From positions 4,214 to 68,213 of the forward strand of contig JAZRTY010000039.1 of NCBI GenBank assembly GCA_045652245.1: a stretch of 64,000 bases of DNA, in the 5' to 3' direction. The translations under genes were made by a program, and so were the position numbers. Source of the stretch: Eubacteriales bacterium. GTDB lineage: Bacteria; Bacillota; Clostridia; Oscillospirales; CAG-382. Shown in pieces: positions 28,513 to 39,100 of the stretch; positions within the stretch are counted from its first letter, which is position 1; the number at the start of each line of letters is the position of its first letter. The notes beneath the pieces were generated by a model. It saw only the letters and a program-made list of their open reading frames with translations, was not told the origin of the DNA and ran no database searches.

Positions 28513-31500
28513 ATGAAATTTAAAAGAATTTTGTCTGCTGTGCTTTGCGTACTGATGCTTACTTCAAGCTTCGTGTTTACTGCAAATGCGGCAGGTGAAA
28601 CAGGAACAGTTCTGACAACATTGTATTCTTCAGCTAAGGGTACAACCACCAACATATATGTTGAAGGACTCAATTATGATAACATCCAGTTGTCAGAAAG
28701 TGGAGAATATACCTATTCCAAGATACTTTACAAAGACGCAAGTGCAACGAGAGTTCAAATATCTCCAACCCTCTCTAATGGTGTTTATAATCCGGCGGTA
28801 CCATCGACTAATGGTTTTACCGTTGCAGTTCTGCTTAAGAGGAACGAGAGTTTTGCAGAATATCTTAAAGAAAAAGGCATCAGCGAAACCAACCTTTATT
28901 TTGTTGCCTACGACAAGGATTCCGCTCCTGTTTTGCATACTAAGAATGACTCTGCTAATAACCCTTTGCAAACATATGAGTTTGACGATGGTTATACACT
29001 TTATGTGGCGAGCGAGTCTGATAATGTAGATTATTTGTCATCTCTTTCAGTTTTCCCATATTCCAATACTCACTACAACCAAGGTACCACTCATATGACA
29101 AATTACTTTACAGATGCGGAACATTCCGATGAGTCTGTAGTTGATGTAATCGGATGGGCTGTTTATGATGGTACTGTAACCGATATGGAGGCTATGGCGG
29201 CTGATATCAAGACTATGTCTTTGGGAACTAACATCTATGTATCACCCACAGGTGTTAATACCTATTCAGGTTTTTCACCCAGTGCACCTGTAAAGACACT
29301 TTCTCAGGCAAATACACTTATCCAAAATTGTCTTAAAGCTGATATTTATGATGAAAATACAACAGTTACAATTCACGTAATGGATGGCTTTGATGCAACT
29401 CATGTTGTTTTCAAAAGCGATACTGGCTCTGTTACACTTCCGATAGAAGACGGAAAAGTCACTATAAACAGTAACTTAGTTAGAGATATTTCAGAATATG
29501 ATGTTACCTTTGCAAAGATGTATAATGTAACAGTTACAGGTGGTAAAGCAGAGCCTGCAACAGTAGAGCATGGCGCAAACGTTGTAATCACAATTAATGA
29601 CTACGATGCAAATGCTAAGACTTATACAGTTACTGTAAACAATGTAGCAACAGATGTTGTTATTGACGAAAATGGTAAGTTTACTCTTACAAATATCACA
29701 GAAGTAACTAATGTTGTTATTTCTTCAACTGCTCAGACACGTACAGTTAGTGTAGTTGCTGACCCGACAGAGGGTGGTACAGTTTCAGGTCTCGAAAACG
29801 AGGGCGTATACAACGTTGGCGCAACCGTAACTCTTACAGCCGTACCTGAAGAAGGCTACAAGTTCCTTTACTGGACAGAGAGCGACGAAGAAGTTTTAAG
29901 AGACGCAACAATCAGCTTTACAGCAACTGCAAACAGAAACCTTGTAGCTGTTTTCGAAGAAATTACCTACACAGTAACAGTTATTGCCGGAGACGGTGGA
30001 GAAGTTGAAGAACTTGCTTCTGCAACTGTTCGTGTGGGAACAGAAGTAACTATCAATGCAACACCTGATGAAGCTTATAGCTTTGACGGTTGGTATGATG
30101 GTGATGAAAAGGTTTCTTCTGATGCTGAATATACATTTACAGTTAATGATGATGTATCACTCACAGCTAAGTTTACAAAGAAGACTTGTACAGTAAGTGT
30201 TACTGGTGGTACACCTGCAGAGTCAACAGTAGAATATGGTGATGATCTTGAAATCACAATTCCTGACTATGATGCAAACGCTAACACATACACAATTACT
30301 GTAAACAACGAACCTGCAGAAGTTACAGTTTCTGCTGAAGGTAAGTTCACTCTTACAAATATCACAGAAACAACTACTGTTGTTATTTCAACAGCTACCC
30401 AGACTCGTACAGTTACAGTAAATGTTGACCCGACAGAGGGTGGTACAGTTGATGGTGCTGGTGTATACAACTACGGTGCAGATGTAACTGTTACAGCTAC
30501 AGCAAACGAAGGTTACGATTTTGTTAGCTGGACAAAAGATGGCGAAGAAGTTTCAACATCTGCAGAATTCACATTTACAGCAAATGCTAATGTTACTCTT
30601 ACAGCTAACTTCAAACCTCTGACATTTAGTGTAATATTCTATGCAAACGGTGGCAGTGGAGCTCCGGATAGTATTGAAGTGAAATACGGAGAAGAGGTTG
30701 ATCTTTCTGAGTATATTCCTACTCTTGAAGGAAGCGACTTCGCAGGCTGGGAAGATCTAGAATCAGAGAATCCAATCACAATTACCGATAACAAGTTCAC
30801 AATGCCCGCAAAAAATGTAACACTTACAGCTAAGTTTACAAAGAAGACTTATACTGTAACATTCGATGCAGGCGAAGGTAAGTTTGCAAATGGTGAGTCA
30901 ACATATGTAGTAGAAAATGTTGAACACGGAAAAGATATTTCAACTCTCGTTCCGACAGAAACCCCTGAAAAGGCTTCTAACGAAACAACCAACTTTAAAT
31001 TTGACGGTTGGGATTATGAAATAGGTGCAACGGTTGTTGGTGAAACTGTTATCAGTGCGAAGTATGAAGAAACAACCAGAACATACGGTGTTACATTCTA
31101 CCCGAACTACGATGGTGGTGTAGAAAACGTAGAAAACTTCTATGCTTACAATGCTATAATCGATAATGCTCCTGAATTTACAAGAACAGGTTACACATTC
31201 GCAGGTTGGGCAACAGATGCAAATGGTAGTAAGCTTGAAACACTCCCTGCAGTAACAGGTGAGGCAGTATACTATGCACTCTGGACAATCAACCAGTATG
31301 AAGTAAAATTTGTAGCTGAAGACCAAGAGGTTATTACTAAGACGGTTGATCACGGAAAGACAGTTGATGTTCTTCCGGAAGCTCCTGAATATGACCACAA
31401 GACATTCTCTAAGTGGATGTATGCAGGTGCAGAATTTACAACAGATATAGAGATTACAGAATCTATTACAGTTGAGGCTCTTTATATAAGTGAAGAACTG

Positions 31501-34413
31501 CTTACAGTTTCATTTGAAACTCTTTATGGTGGTCCTCTTGTAGATGTAGAAGATTATGCAGGTGAAACTATTGAGCTTGCTACTCTTGAACATGAAGGCT
31601 ATACATTTGAAGGTTGGTTTGATGGTGGAACTAAGGTATCGTCACCTTACACTATTACAAAAACTGTAACACTTACAGCTAAGTTCTTTGAAAATATCGC
31701 TAAGATTGGTGATACAAACTATCCTTCTCTCGAAGCAGCAGTTGCAGCTGCAGATCCTGATGCTGAAGTTGTTCTTCTTAAGGATGCTTCCGGCAACGGT
31801 ATTGTAATTAATAAGGACATTACAATTAACCTCGGTGGAAACACATACACAATCGACGGTGAAACAGTTGGTTCAGCAGGAACTGAGACACTTGGCTTCC
31901 AGCTCCTCAAGAACAACAATATCAAAATTGAGAACGGTACAATCAAATCTTCTATAGCAAAGATGCTCGTTCAGAACTATTCAAATCTTACACTTGACGG
32001 TGTAACACTTGACGGTTCAGAGCTTGTTCAAAGTGAAATAGGCTACTACACACTTTCAAACTGCAACGGAAATGTTGTAATTAAGAATTCTACAATTATA
32101 GCACACGAGAATGGAGTTGCATTTGACGTAGATTATCAGAGTAGCTATCCGAGCGGCGTAAAGGTAACTCTTACAGGAACTACAGAAATCATAGGCGCAA
32201 TTGAGTATGAAGCTAACGAAAAGAACTCTCTTGCAAAAGAAGAATCAGTTGTTCTTGAAGCTCCCGAAGGCTACGAATGGAACGACGAAGGAGTTCTTGT
32301 AGTAGTTAAGGTTATTGAAGGCGAAACTAATATTGGCGAAGTTGAAATTTCAAAGCCTGAAGCACCTGACGAAAATATTAAAATCGAAGTTACAACACCT
32401 GGTGAAGAAGGCGAGGATGCAAAACCCGAAATCAGCATTACTCTTCCTGCAAATACTGTTGTAACAGATAAGATTGAAAAAGTTACAGTTAATGATGTAA
32501 CAGAAGATGAAAGCAAATATCCTGATAGCATTTCAGATCCTCTGGATGTAAAGAAGGTATTTGAAATTGAAATTAAGGATGAAGACGGTGAAGCTGTTTA
32601 CGATGCTACTAACAATGAAGCAATCGTAGTAACAATTCCTTACGAGCAGCAGAATTCTGACAGACGTATTGTTATCTATCACGATGATGTAAGACTTACA
32701 CAGGTAGATTCGCTTGCTGACTTGGAAATCGGATACTTCTATTACGATGCGGAAGCTAAAGAAGTAACAATTAATGTTGCACATTTCTCAATAATCACAA
32801 TTGTTGAGGAAGATAAAAACGATTATATCCTTACAATTGATGCTACAACAGCGTATGACAAGGATGACACAGTTTACGTTATAGGTGACACTGTTACAGT
32901 AACTATTGGTGTTAAGTCTGATAAAGAAAAGACTCAGTATGCGGGAATATCTTATGAACTTAAATATGATGCAAGTGTTCTTAAGTATACCGGAACTAAT
33001 AGCGCATCTAATGGAGTTGTTTACAAAAAGAACATTTCAGGAGAAGATGTAGTTATTGGTACAGAATATACTGAAACATTTAAGGTTATTGGTACTTTTG
33101 ACAGTAAGGCATTTACAGTAATCGGTTCTGTTCTTGAAAACTTTGATGCATCATGGGAACCTCAGATGAACGCTCCTGTTGAAGGTCCTGCAACAATCTA
33201 CTTCCTTGAACCTTACACAATCACATATGAAAATATGGATGGCGCAACACATGAAGAAGGATATCCTACAAAGCATACTTACGGTACAGCAACAGTACTT
33301 AAGGATGCAACAAAGACAGGATATACATTCGATGGCTGGTATGCAGATGCTGGATTCACAGGTAACGAAGTAACAGAACTTGCAGCAGATGGTTATACAG
33401 CAGCTATTACTCTCTATGCTAAGTGGACAGTAAACAAGTACAATGTAACATTTAACGCAGACGGTGGAACCACAGTTGACGATATGACTGATGTTCCATA
33501 CGGAACAGAAGTTGATGTATCTAGACTTATACCTACAAAGACAGGCTACACATTCGCAGGATGGGTAGATACAGCAACAGATGATGCAGTTACAGTTACA
33601 GAAGGCAAGTTCGCAATGCCCGACAGAGCAGTAGCACTTAAGGCAACATGGGATCTCGTAGAATATTCAGTAAGCTATACACATACTAGCGGTTCAACAG
33701 GTGATATAGCTGATATAATCTTTGCTAATGCTCCCGATGAAGCAAATATCGAAAACGCACTTGAAATTACCCCGGTAATGGATACAACTAAGTATAGCTA
33801 CGCATTCCAGTATAAGATTGGTGATGGCGACTTTACTGATATTCCTCTGACAGACGGAAAACTCGTATTTGAAGTTGGTTCAGTTGTTGCAGATGTTTAT
33901 GTAGATGTTGTTCGTACACCTCTGTTCCAGGTTAAGGTTTATAATGAATTTGTAAATGGTTATGCTCTTGTTATCGCTTATGGTAACGAAACTGGTGCAT
34001 ATACATTCGATATGAACTCTGTTGAATACGGTATGTATAGAACAGCTCATTATGATGACAATGAAGAAATAACTTGTGCTCATGCATTTGTACTCAGAGC
34101 AGCTGCAGACTTCGACGAAGAGGATGCATTTGAGCTCATTTCCTACGATGCGAATGCAACAGCAGATGCTATTGAAATTAAGACAGCAGAGCCTGACCTT
34201 AATGAAGATGAACTTGTTGGTATAAATGATGTTGGTGCAGTTTACTACTCATGGACGGCTGACGAAACAAGGGAAGTGGATTGTCCAGATTATGCTACTT
34301 ATGTTGAAAGATTGTTGAATTCTGACCTCGATCCTGACAAGGAAATCGATGGAGGCGACGTAACAGTTGTAACAGATTACACAGGTTTTCAATATAGCGT
34401 ACCTCAGTCATAA
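28513..34413 (+). CDS. Large secreted surface protein with InlB-B/Listeria-Bacteroides repeats, a cohesin-like module and a C-terminal dockerin-like module
   Basis: Signal peptide MKFKRILSAVLC..ANA; many GYxFxGW..L.A.(F/W) repeats; GDTVTVTIGV..YAGISYELKYDASVL; DLNEDELVGIND..DLDPDKEIDGGD at the C-terminus. Confidence 0.85.
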   Translation: MKFKRILSAVLCVLMLTSSFVFTANAAGETGTVLTTLYSSAKGTTTNIYVEGLNYDNIQLSESGEYTYSKILYKDASATRVQISPTLSNGVYNPAVPSTNGFTVAVLLKRNESFAEYLKEKGISETNLYFVAYDKDSAPVLHTKNDSANNPLQTYEFDDGYTLYVASESDNVDYLSSLSVFPYSNTHYNQGTTHMTNYFTDAEHSDESVVDVIGWAVYDGTVTDMEAMAADIKTMSLGTNIYVSPTGVNTYSGFSPSAPVKTLSQANTLIQNCLKADIYDENTTVTIHVMDGFDATHVVFKSDTGSVTLPIEDGKVTINSNLVRDISEYDVTFAKMYNVTVTGGKAEPATVEHGANVVITINDYDANAKTYTVTVNNVATDVVIDENGKFTLTNITEVTNVVISSTAQTRTVSVVADPTEGGTVSGLENEGVYNVGATVTLTAVPEEGYKFLYWTESDEEVLRDATISFTATANRNLVAVFEEITYTVTVIAGDGGEVEELASATVRVGTEVTINATPDEAYSFDGWYDGDEKVSSDAEYTFTVNDDVSLTAKFTKKTCTVSVTGGTPAESTVEYGDDLEITIPDYDANANTYTITVNNEPAEVTVSAEGKFTLTNITETTTVVISTATQTRTVTVNVDPTEGGTVDGAGVYNYGADVTVTATANEGYDFVSWTKDGEEVSTSAEFTFTANANVTLTANFKPLTFSVIFYANGGSGAPDSIEVKYGEEVDLSEYIPTLEGSDFAGWEDLESENPITITDNKFTMPAKNVTLTAKFTKKTYTVTFDAGEGKFANGESTYVVENVEHGKDISTLVPTETPEKASNETTNFKFDGWDYEIGATVVGETVISAKYEETTRTYGVTFYPNYDGGVENVENFYAYNAIIDNAPEFTRTGYTFAGWATDANGSKLETLPAVTGEAVYYALWTINQYEVKFVAEDQEVITKTVDHGKTVDVLPEAPEYDHKTFSKWMYAGAEFTTDIEITESITVEALYISEELLTVSFETLYGGPLVDVEDYAGETIELATLEHEGYTFEGWFDGGTKVSSPYTITKTVTLTAKFFENIAKIGDTNYPSLEAAVAAADPDAEVVLLKDASGNGIVINKDITINLGGNTYTIDGETVGSAGTETLGFQLLKNNNIKIENGTIKSSIAKMLVQNYSNLTLDGVTLDGSELVQSEIGYYTLSNCNGNVVIKNSTIIAHENGVAFDVDYQSSYPSGVKVTLTGTTEIIGAIEYEANEKNSLAKEESVVLEAPEGYEWNDEGVLVVVKVIEGETNIGEVEISKPEAPDENIKIEVTTPGEEGEDAKPEISITLPANTVVTDKIEKVTVNDVTEDESKYPDSISDPLDVKKVFEIEIKDEDGEAVYDATNNEAIVVTIPYEQQNSDRRIVIYHDDVRLTQVDSLADLEIGYFYYDAEAKEVTINVAHFSIITIVEEDKNDYILTIDATTAYDKDDTVYVIGDTVTVTIGVKSDKEKTQYAGISYELKYDASVLKYTGTNSASNGVVYKKNISGEDVVIGTEYTETFKVIGTFDSKAFTVIGSVLENFDASWEPQMNAPVEGPATIYFLEPYTITYENMDGATHEEGYPTKHTYGTATVLKDATKTGYTFDGWYADAGFTGNEVTELAADGYTAAITLYAKWTVNKYNVTFNADGGTTVDDMTDVPYGTEVDVSRLIPTKTGYTFAGWVDTATDDAVTVTEGKFAMPDRAVALKATWDLVEYSVSYTHTSGSTGDIADIIFANAPDEANIENALEITPVMDTTKYSYAFQYKIGDGDFTDIPLTDGKLVFEVGSVVADVYVDVVRTPLFQVKVYNEFVNGYALVIAYGNETGAYTFDMNSVEYGMYRTAHYDDNEEITCAHAFVLRAAADFDEEDAFELISYDANATADAIEIKTAEPDLNEDELVGINDVGAVYYSWTADETREVDCPDYATYVERLLNSDLDPDKEIDGGDVTVVTDYTGFQYSVPQS

Positions 34414-34440
34414 TTAAGTTATAATACCAGCAAAATGACG

Positions 34441-34475
34441 TTTGCCTCCGTGCTATTCGTTAGCACGGAGGCAAA
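34441..34475 (+). terminator. Stem-loop between the two surface-protein genes
   Basis: TTTGCCTCCGTGCTA-TTCGT-TAGCACGGAGGCAAA; no U-tract, so possibly an mRNA-stabilising stem. Confidence 0.55.
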
Positions 34476-34502
34476 TAAAACCCCTATATGTTAATTTAAA
34501 GG

Positions 34503-36821
34503 ATGAATAGAATGATAAAAAAAATAATTTCATCAATACTATCTGTAGTTATTCTGCTTTCAACAGTTGCTTTTACTGCAAGTGCTGATGGAGAAACTAT
34601 AAAGTTTATTTTATCTTCGGACGGAGAAAGCAGTGTAACTGTTCCTGGAACCGTTGGTGCTACTTTCGAAGTCGACTTTATTATCGTAAATACTGAAAGC
34701 AATGACTACGAAGCTATTGTAACAAATGCTATAAAGTATAATCCGGAATTGCTTGAGCTTGTAAGTTGCACTCCTACAAATAGATGTACCGTTCTTGGAA
34801 ATAACTCCGGTGATAAATTTGTTAAAACCGGAACCGGCGGGGATGAAGCTATAGATTCTTCAGAATATACTTATTGTACGTTAACATTTAAAACTCTTGT
34901 AGCTTCGGGTCTCGGCACTATTACATCAAGGCCGAAGGATGCTTCTATTAGCATTTATAACAGCAATACAAACCGATACGACGATATTTATAAAGGTGAT
35001 GATGGTACAATTGCTCTTGAAAGCCTAGATGTCACCATCGGTACCGGATATAGTCCTGTTACACAGGTTAGTTTGAATCCGACAAATGCTACTATTGACA
35101 TTGAAGAAACAATAGATGTTACTGTTTCTATTAATGCTGATGCCTCCAATAAAAACTTTACAGTTGTATCTCAAGATACCAACGTTGCAAGTGTTGAAAA
35201 AATCTCTGATAACACCTTTAGAGTTACAGGTGTAAACAAAGATCTCTTGCCAAATGGATGCACAACAAAAATAATTGTTTCTGCGGCTGATAACCAAAAG
35301 GCTGAGTTTACTGTTAATGTAAATGCTCCTAAGGTTACACTTATTCCTGCCAGTGCTGAGCTCTATTCTGAAGATACACTGCAAATGCAGGCTACTATTC
35401 TTCCAAGCAACAGAATAATTACATTTAAGTCACATAATAAGGATAATGAGAGTGTTAATGATATTGTCCGTATATCACCCGAAGGTCTTGTTGTAGCCCT
35501 AAAGGCGGGTGAGGCTATAGTTACTGCACAAGATAATTTCAATCCCAATATTAACAAGACAAGCAACATAATTGTTAAACCCGACGGATTAGTGCTCGCA
35601 GATGCTTCTGTAAATGTTGGTAAAACTGTAACACCTACATTTACTAAGAATATGTCAGAGGCGAGAAAGAATAAGTATACCTTTACTTTTGCAAGTGGTA
35701 ATGAAGCGGTTGCAACAGTTAATGCTACAACAGGCGTTGTTACCGGTGTTAGCGCAGGTACTGCAGAAATTACCGTTACAGGTACAGCTGCAGGACTTAG
35801 TACACTTACTGCTACTTGCACCATCACCGTAAGTCCCGGTGGCGGCGGCGGTGGTGGCGGCGGAGGCGGAGGCGGTGTCTCCAGCTATAAGCTGACAATC
35901 TGCACTCCTGACGGTGAAGAACTGAAAGTCGAAACAAAGACATCAGGTACAACTATTAAGGTTGCGGATTATACCTTTACTAAGGACGGCTACACTTTTG
36001 AAGGTCTCTTTACAGATAAGGAGCTTACAAAGAAGGCAGAGGACTTTAAGATAACCAAGGCTACAACTCTTTATGCAAAGTTTGTAGAAGCTCAAGTAAA
36101 GCCCGACAGACCTGCTTCTATTCCATCTGCACTTACAGATGTGCACGTTGCATATATCGTAGGTCGTGGTGAGGGTAAGGTACAGCCTGAGGCGAGCATC
36201 ACAAGAGCAGAAGTTGCAACAATTTTCTTCAGACTTCTTGAAGATGAAATCAGAGACGCAAATTACACTAAAGAAAACAACTTTACTGATGTAAATCAGG
36301 GCGATTGGTTCAACACAGCTGTTTCCACACTTGCAAAGCTTGAAATTCTTAACGGATACAAGGAAGCTGACGGAACATACAGCTTCAGACCTAACAACCC
36401 GATAACACGTGGCGAGTATGCAACAATTGTTTCAAGACTTGCATCTGTAGAAGGAAGTGAAAGTGTTCCTCTCAGCGATATCTCTGAACACTGGGCTTAT
36501 GAAAATATTCTTAAGGCAACTTCGCTCGGCTGGATAAAGGGTTATGAGGATGGTACCTTCAGACCTACTAACGATATAACAAGAGCAGAAGCAATGACTC
36601 TTACCAACAGAGTTCTTTGCAGAGAGCCTGAAACAGTTGAGGATATTCTTTCTGAACAGATGATAACCTTTACAGATAATGCAGACACAAGTATGTGGTA
36701 TTATCTTGCAATCCAGGAAGCAACAAACAGCCACGAATACAAGATGAAGGCTGACGGAAAGCATGAAACATGGACAAAGCTTACCGAAACTCCTGACTGG
36801 ACAAAGCTTGAAAAGGAATAA
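34503..36821 (+). CDS. SLH-anchored protein with an N-terminal cohesin-like domain, Ig-like (Big_2) domains and a poly-Gly linker
   Basis: Signal peptide; IKYNPELLEL..TLTFK cohesin-like segment; SGNEAVATV..G.VTGV..GTA.IT Big_2 segment; three SLH repeats (ITRAE, FRPNNPITRGE, GYEDGTFRP..ITRAE). Confidence 0.85.
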   Translation: MNRMIKKIISSILSVVILLSTVAFTASADGETIKFILSSDGESSVTVPGTVGATFEVDFIIVNTESNDYEAIVTNAIKYNPELLELVSCTPTNRCTVLGNNSGDKFVKTGTGGDEAIDSSEYTYCTLTFKTLVASGLGTITSRPKDASISIYNSNTNRYDDIYKGDDGTIALESLDVTIGTGYSPVTQVSLNPTNATIDIEETIDVTVSINADASNKNFTVVSQDTNVASVEKISDNTFRVTGVNKDLLPNGCTTKIIVSAADNQKAEFTVNVNAPKVTLIPASAELYSEDTLQMQATILPSNRIITFKSHNKDNESVNDIVRISPEGLVVALKAGEAIVTAQDNFNPNINKTSNIIVKPDGLVLADASVNVGKTVTPTFTKNMSEARKNKYTFTFASGNEAVATVNATTGVVTGVSAGTAEITVTGTAAGLSTLTATCTITVSPGGGGGGGGGGGGGVSSYKLTICTPDGEELKVETKTSGTTIKVADYTFTKDGYTFEGLFTDKELTKKAEDFKITKATTLYAKFVEAQVKPDRPASIPSALTDVHVAYIVGRGEGKVQPEASITRAEVATIFFRLLEDEIRDANYTKENNFTDVNQGDWFNTAVSTLAKLEILNGYKEADGTYSFRPNNPITRGEYATIVSRLASVEGSESVPLSDISEHWAYENILKATSLGWIKGYEDGTFRPTNDITRAEAMTLTNRVLCREPETVEDILSEQMITFTDNADTSMWYYLAIQEATNSHEYKMKADGKHETWTKLTETPDWTKLEKE

Positions 36822-36850
36822 TTTTCTCTTGTAAATATCTGAATATATTG

Positions 36851-36890
36851 GTCAAGTCCGACGTTTGTCGGGCTTGACTTTTGCTTTTTT
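36851..36890 (+). terminator. Intrinsic terminator
   Basis: GTCAAGTCCGAC-GTTT-GTCGGGCTTGAC followed by TTTTGCTTTTTT. Confidence 0.8.
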
Positions 36891-36997
36891 ACCAAAAACA
36901 ATATAGTTTAATAAAAATTTTTCTTCTGTCTATTGACGAAAACCGTATAATGTAGTAAAATATAAAGTAAGGGATTTTATCAAAAGGGGGAAAACAG

Positions 36998-37750
36998 ATG
37001 CGAAAAAAATGCGGACTGTTTGATTTTCTTTTCCGGAAGAAAACTGACCGTGAAATTTTGAAATTACGTGACGAACAGAACGCCTTTCTTGGCATCGTAG
37101 CACACGATTTGCGCACTCCCATGACAAGTATTGCAGGCTTTGTTGATGCAATTCTTGACGGAACAATTCCACCCGAAAAGCAGGAGCATTATCTGAAAAT
37201 TGTCTCCTCTGAGTCTCACAGGCTTTCAAGACTTGTAAGCAACCTGTTGAATATTTCGAGAATACAGTCCGGGCAAGGAAGTCTTAACATTACAGACTTC
37301 GATGTTTGTGAAAATGCCCGTCTTGCTCTTATATCCCTGGAGCAGCAGATAAATGCTAAAAATATTGAAATTGATTTTTCACCCTGTGCAGATAACTGTT
37401 ATGTGAGTGCCGACAGCGAAGCAATACATCAGGTTTTATATAATTTACTTCACAATGCAATAAAGTTTTCCGATGACGGTGGGAAAATCAAGATAAGTAT
37501 TGAAGAACACGAAAAGAATAAGTATCTGGTTTGCGTTTCCAACACCGGTGACGGAATACCCGAAGACGAGCTGCCGCATATTTTTGACAGATTCCACAAA
37601 TCCGGTGCGTCAGGTGGTGCAGGACTCGGACTTTATATATGTAAGACAGTAATAGACCTTCACGGTGAGGACATATGGGCAGAGTCAAAGGAAAACGAAT
37701 ATACTTCCTTTAAGTTTACATTGACTGCAAAGAAAGCCCGGAACGACTAA
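36998..37750 (+). CDS. Orphan sensor-less histidine kinase (HisKA + HATPase_c)
   Basis: VAHDLRTPMTSI H-box, NLLHNAIKF N-box, NTGDGI, IFDRF and GAGLGL motifs; only ~25 aa before the DHp domain. Confidence 0.88.
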   Translation: MRKKCGLFDFLFRKKTDREILKLRDEQNAFLGIVAHDLRTPMTSIAGFVDAILDGTIPPEKQEHYLKIVSSESHRLSRLVSNLLNISRIQSGQGSLNITDFDVCENARLALISLEQQINAKNIEIDFSPCADNCYVSADSEAIHQVLYNLLHNAIKFSDDGGKIKISIEEHEKNKYLVCVSNTGDGIPEDELPHIFDRFHKSGASGGAGLGLYICKTVIDLHGEDIWAESKENEYTSFKFTLTAKKARND

Positions 37751-37785
37751 TATCTTCGTAAAGAAAGCGAAAGGAACAATAAAAA

Positions 37786-38805
37786 ATGATAAATGATATC
37801 GGAATTGACCTTGGCACATCTACTGTTCTTGTGTATGTTAAGGGCAAGGGCGTAATACTTGAGGAGCCCTCGGTTGTAGTTGTGGATAAGAACACCGGCA
37901 AGGTAATAACAGTCGGCAGGGAAGCAGAAAAGATGCTTGGCAGAACGCCTGCCGGACTTGTGGCAATTCATCCTATGCGTGACGGTGTTATCAATCACTA
38001 CGACATGGCACTTCAGATGATAAAATACTTCATGAAGAAGGCAATTGGAAACACCTTCTTTAAACCCAGAGTTATCGTTGCAGTTCCGAGTGGCATTACC
38101 GAGGTTGAGGAAAGAGCTGTTTGCGAGGCTACAATGAGAGCAGGTGCCAAGCGTGTATATCTTATCGAGGAGCCTGTTGCAGCCGCAATCGGTGCCGGAC
38201 TTGATATTTCAAAGCCTGTGGGAAATATGGTAATAGACATTGGTGGTGGAACTACCGATATTGCAGTTATGTCGCTCGGAGATGTTGTTTGCTCGGAGTC
38301 TATAAAGGTCGCAGGCAACAGACTTGACGAGTCGATTGTAAAATATATAAGAAGAAAGCACAGTATGCTTATTGGTGAAACTACTGCCGAGCAGCTCAAA
38401 ATTCAAATCGGTACTGCGTGGCCCTTTTCCGAGCCTCACTCAAGAGAAGTAAAGGGCAGATGCCTTATTGAGGGACTTCCGAAAAAGGTTACAATCACTA
38501 CAAAGGAGTTAATTGAAGCGATGGACGAGCCGTTTACGCAGATTGTTGATGCAGTTTGCCGTATAATCGAGATGACCTCGCCCGAGCTTGTCGGGGATAT
38601 TGCTTCTTCGGGAATTGTTCTGACCGGTGGCGGAAGCAAGCTTCGTGGTATAGACAAGCTGATTGAAAAGGCAACCGGTATTAAGACTCACATTCCGGAG
38701 AATCCTTCAAACAGCGTGGTTATCGGCGCAGGTCGTTCGCTTGAAAACATCTCTCTTATGCCGGAGGGCGTTCGCAATATTTCAAGAAGAAGATTTACAG
38801 AATAA
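37786..38805 (+). CDS. mreB: Rod shape-determining protein MreB/Mbl family
   Basis: IGIDLGT, EEPVAAAIGAG, DIGGGTTD and LTGGG motifs. Confidence 0.93.
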   Translation: MINDIGIDLGTSTVLVYVKGKGVILEEPSVVVVDKNTGKVITVGREAEKMLGRTPAGLVAIHPMRDGVINHYDMALQMIKYFMKKAIGNTFFKPRVIVAVPSGITEVEERAVCEATMRAGAKRVYLIEEPVAAAIGAGLDISKPVGNMVIDIGGGTTDIAVMSLGDVVCSESIKVAGNRLDESIVKYIRRKHSMLIGETTAEQLKIQIGTAWPFSEPHSREVKGRCLIEGLPKKVTITTKELIEAMDEPFTQIVDAVCRIIEMTSPELVGDIASSGIVLTGGGSKLRGIDKLIEKATGIKTHIPENPSNSVVIGAGRSLENISLMPEGVRNISRRRFTE

Positions 38806-38846
38806 TTATATTGGTGGCATCGAAAGGTGCCACTGTTTTTGTCATA

Positions 38847-38964
38847 GCCTTCTCCTTGAGGAGAAGGTGGGTTTTGCGAAGCAAAACTCGGATGAGGCGG
38901 AACATTAAAGGTGAAATAACCCCTCATCAGTCACTCCGTGACAGCTTCCCCCAAAGGGGAAGCC
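38847..38964. repeat. REP-like doublet, family B, copy 1
   Basis: GCCTTCTCCTTGAGGAGAAGGTGG..CGGATGAGG, spacer, CCTCATCAGTC..GACAGCTTCCCC..GGGGAAGCC. Confidence 0.88.
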
Positions 38965-39029
38965 TGCAAAAAACGACCTGTTATACGGGTGGGCATTTAC
39001 GGTTTTTAGAAAAATATTTTCAAAACATC

Positions 39030-39058
39030 TTTACTTCTTTAAAAAAGTGTGTTATAAT
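39030..39058 (+). promoter_or_regulatory. Sigma-A promoter of guaB
   Basis: TTTACT-17bp-TATAAT with extended -10 TG. Confidence 0.6.
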
Positions 39059-39100
39059 TATGATGTATAACAATATTTTAATAATCAAGGAGAACAGAAA

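Noticed and set aside
35838-35876. GGN tract encoding poly-Gly as a phase-variation site
   Set aside because: Mixed-codon, in-frame Gly linker common in SLH proteins; triplet slippage would not shift the frame.
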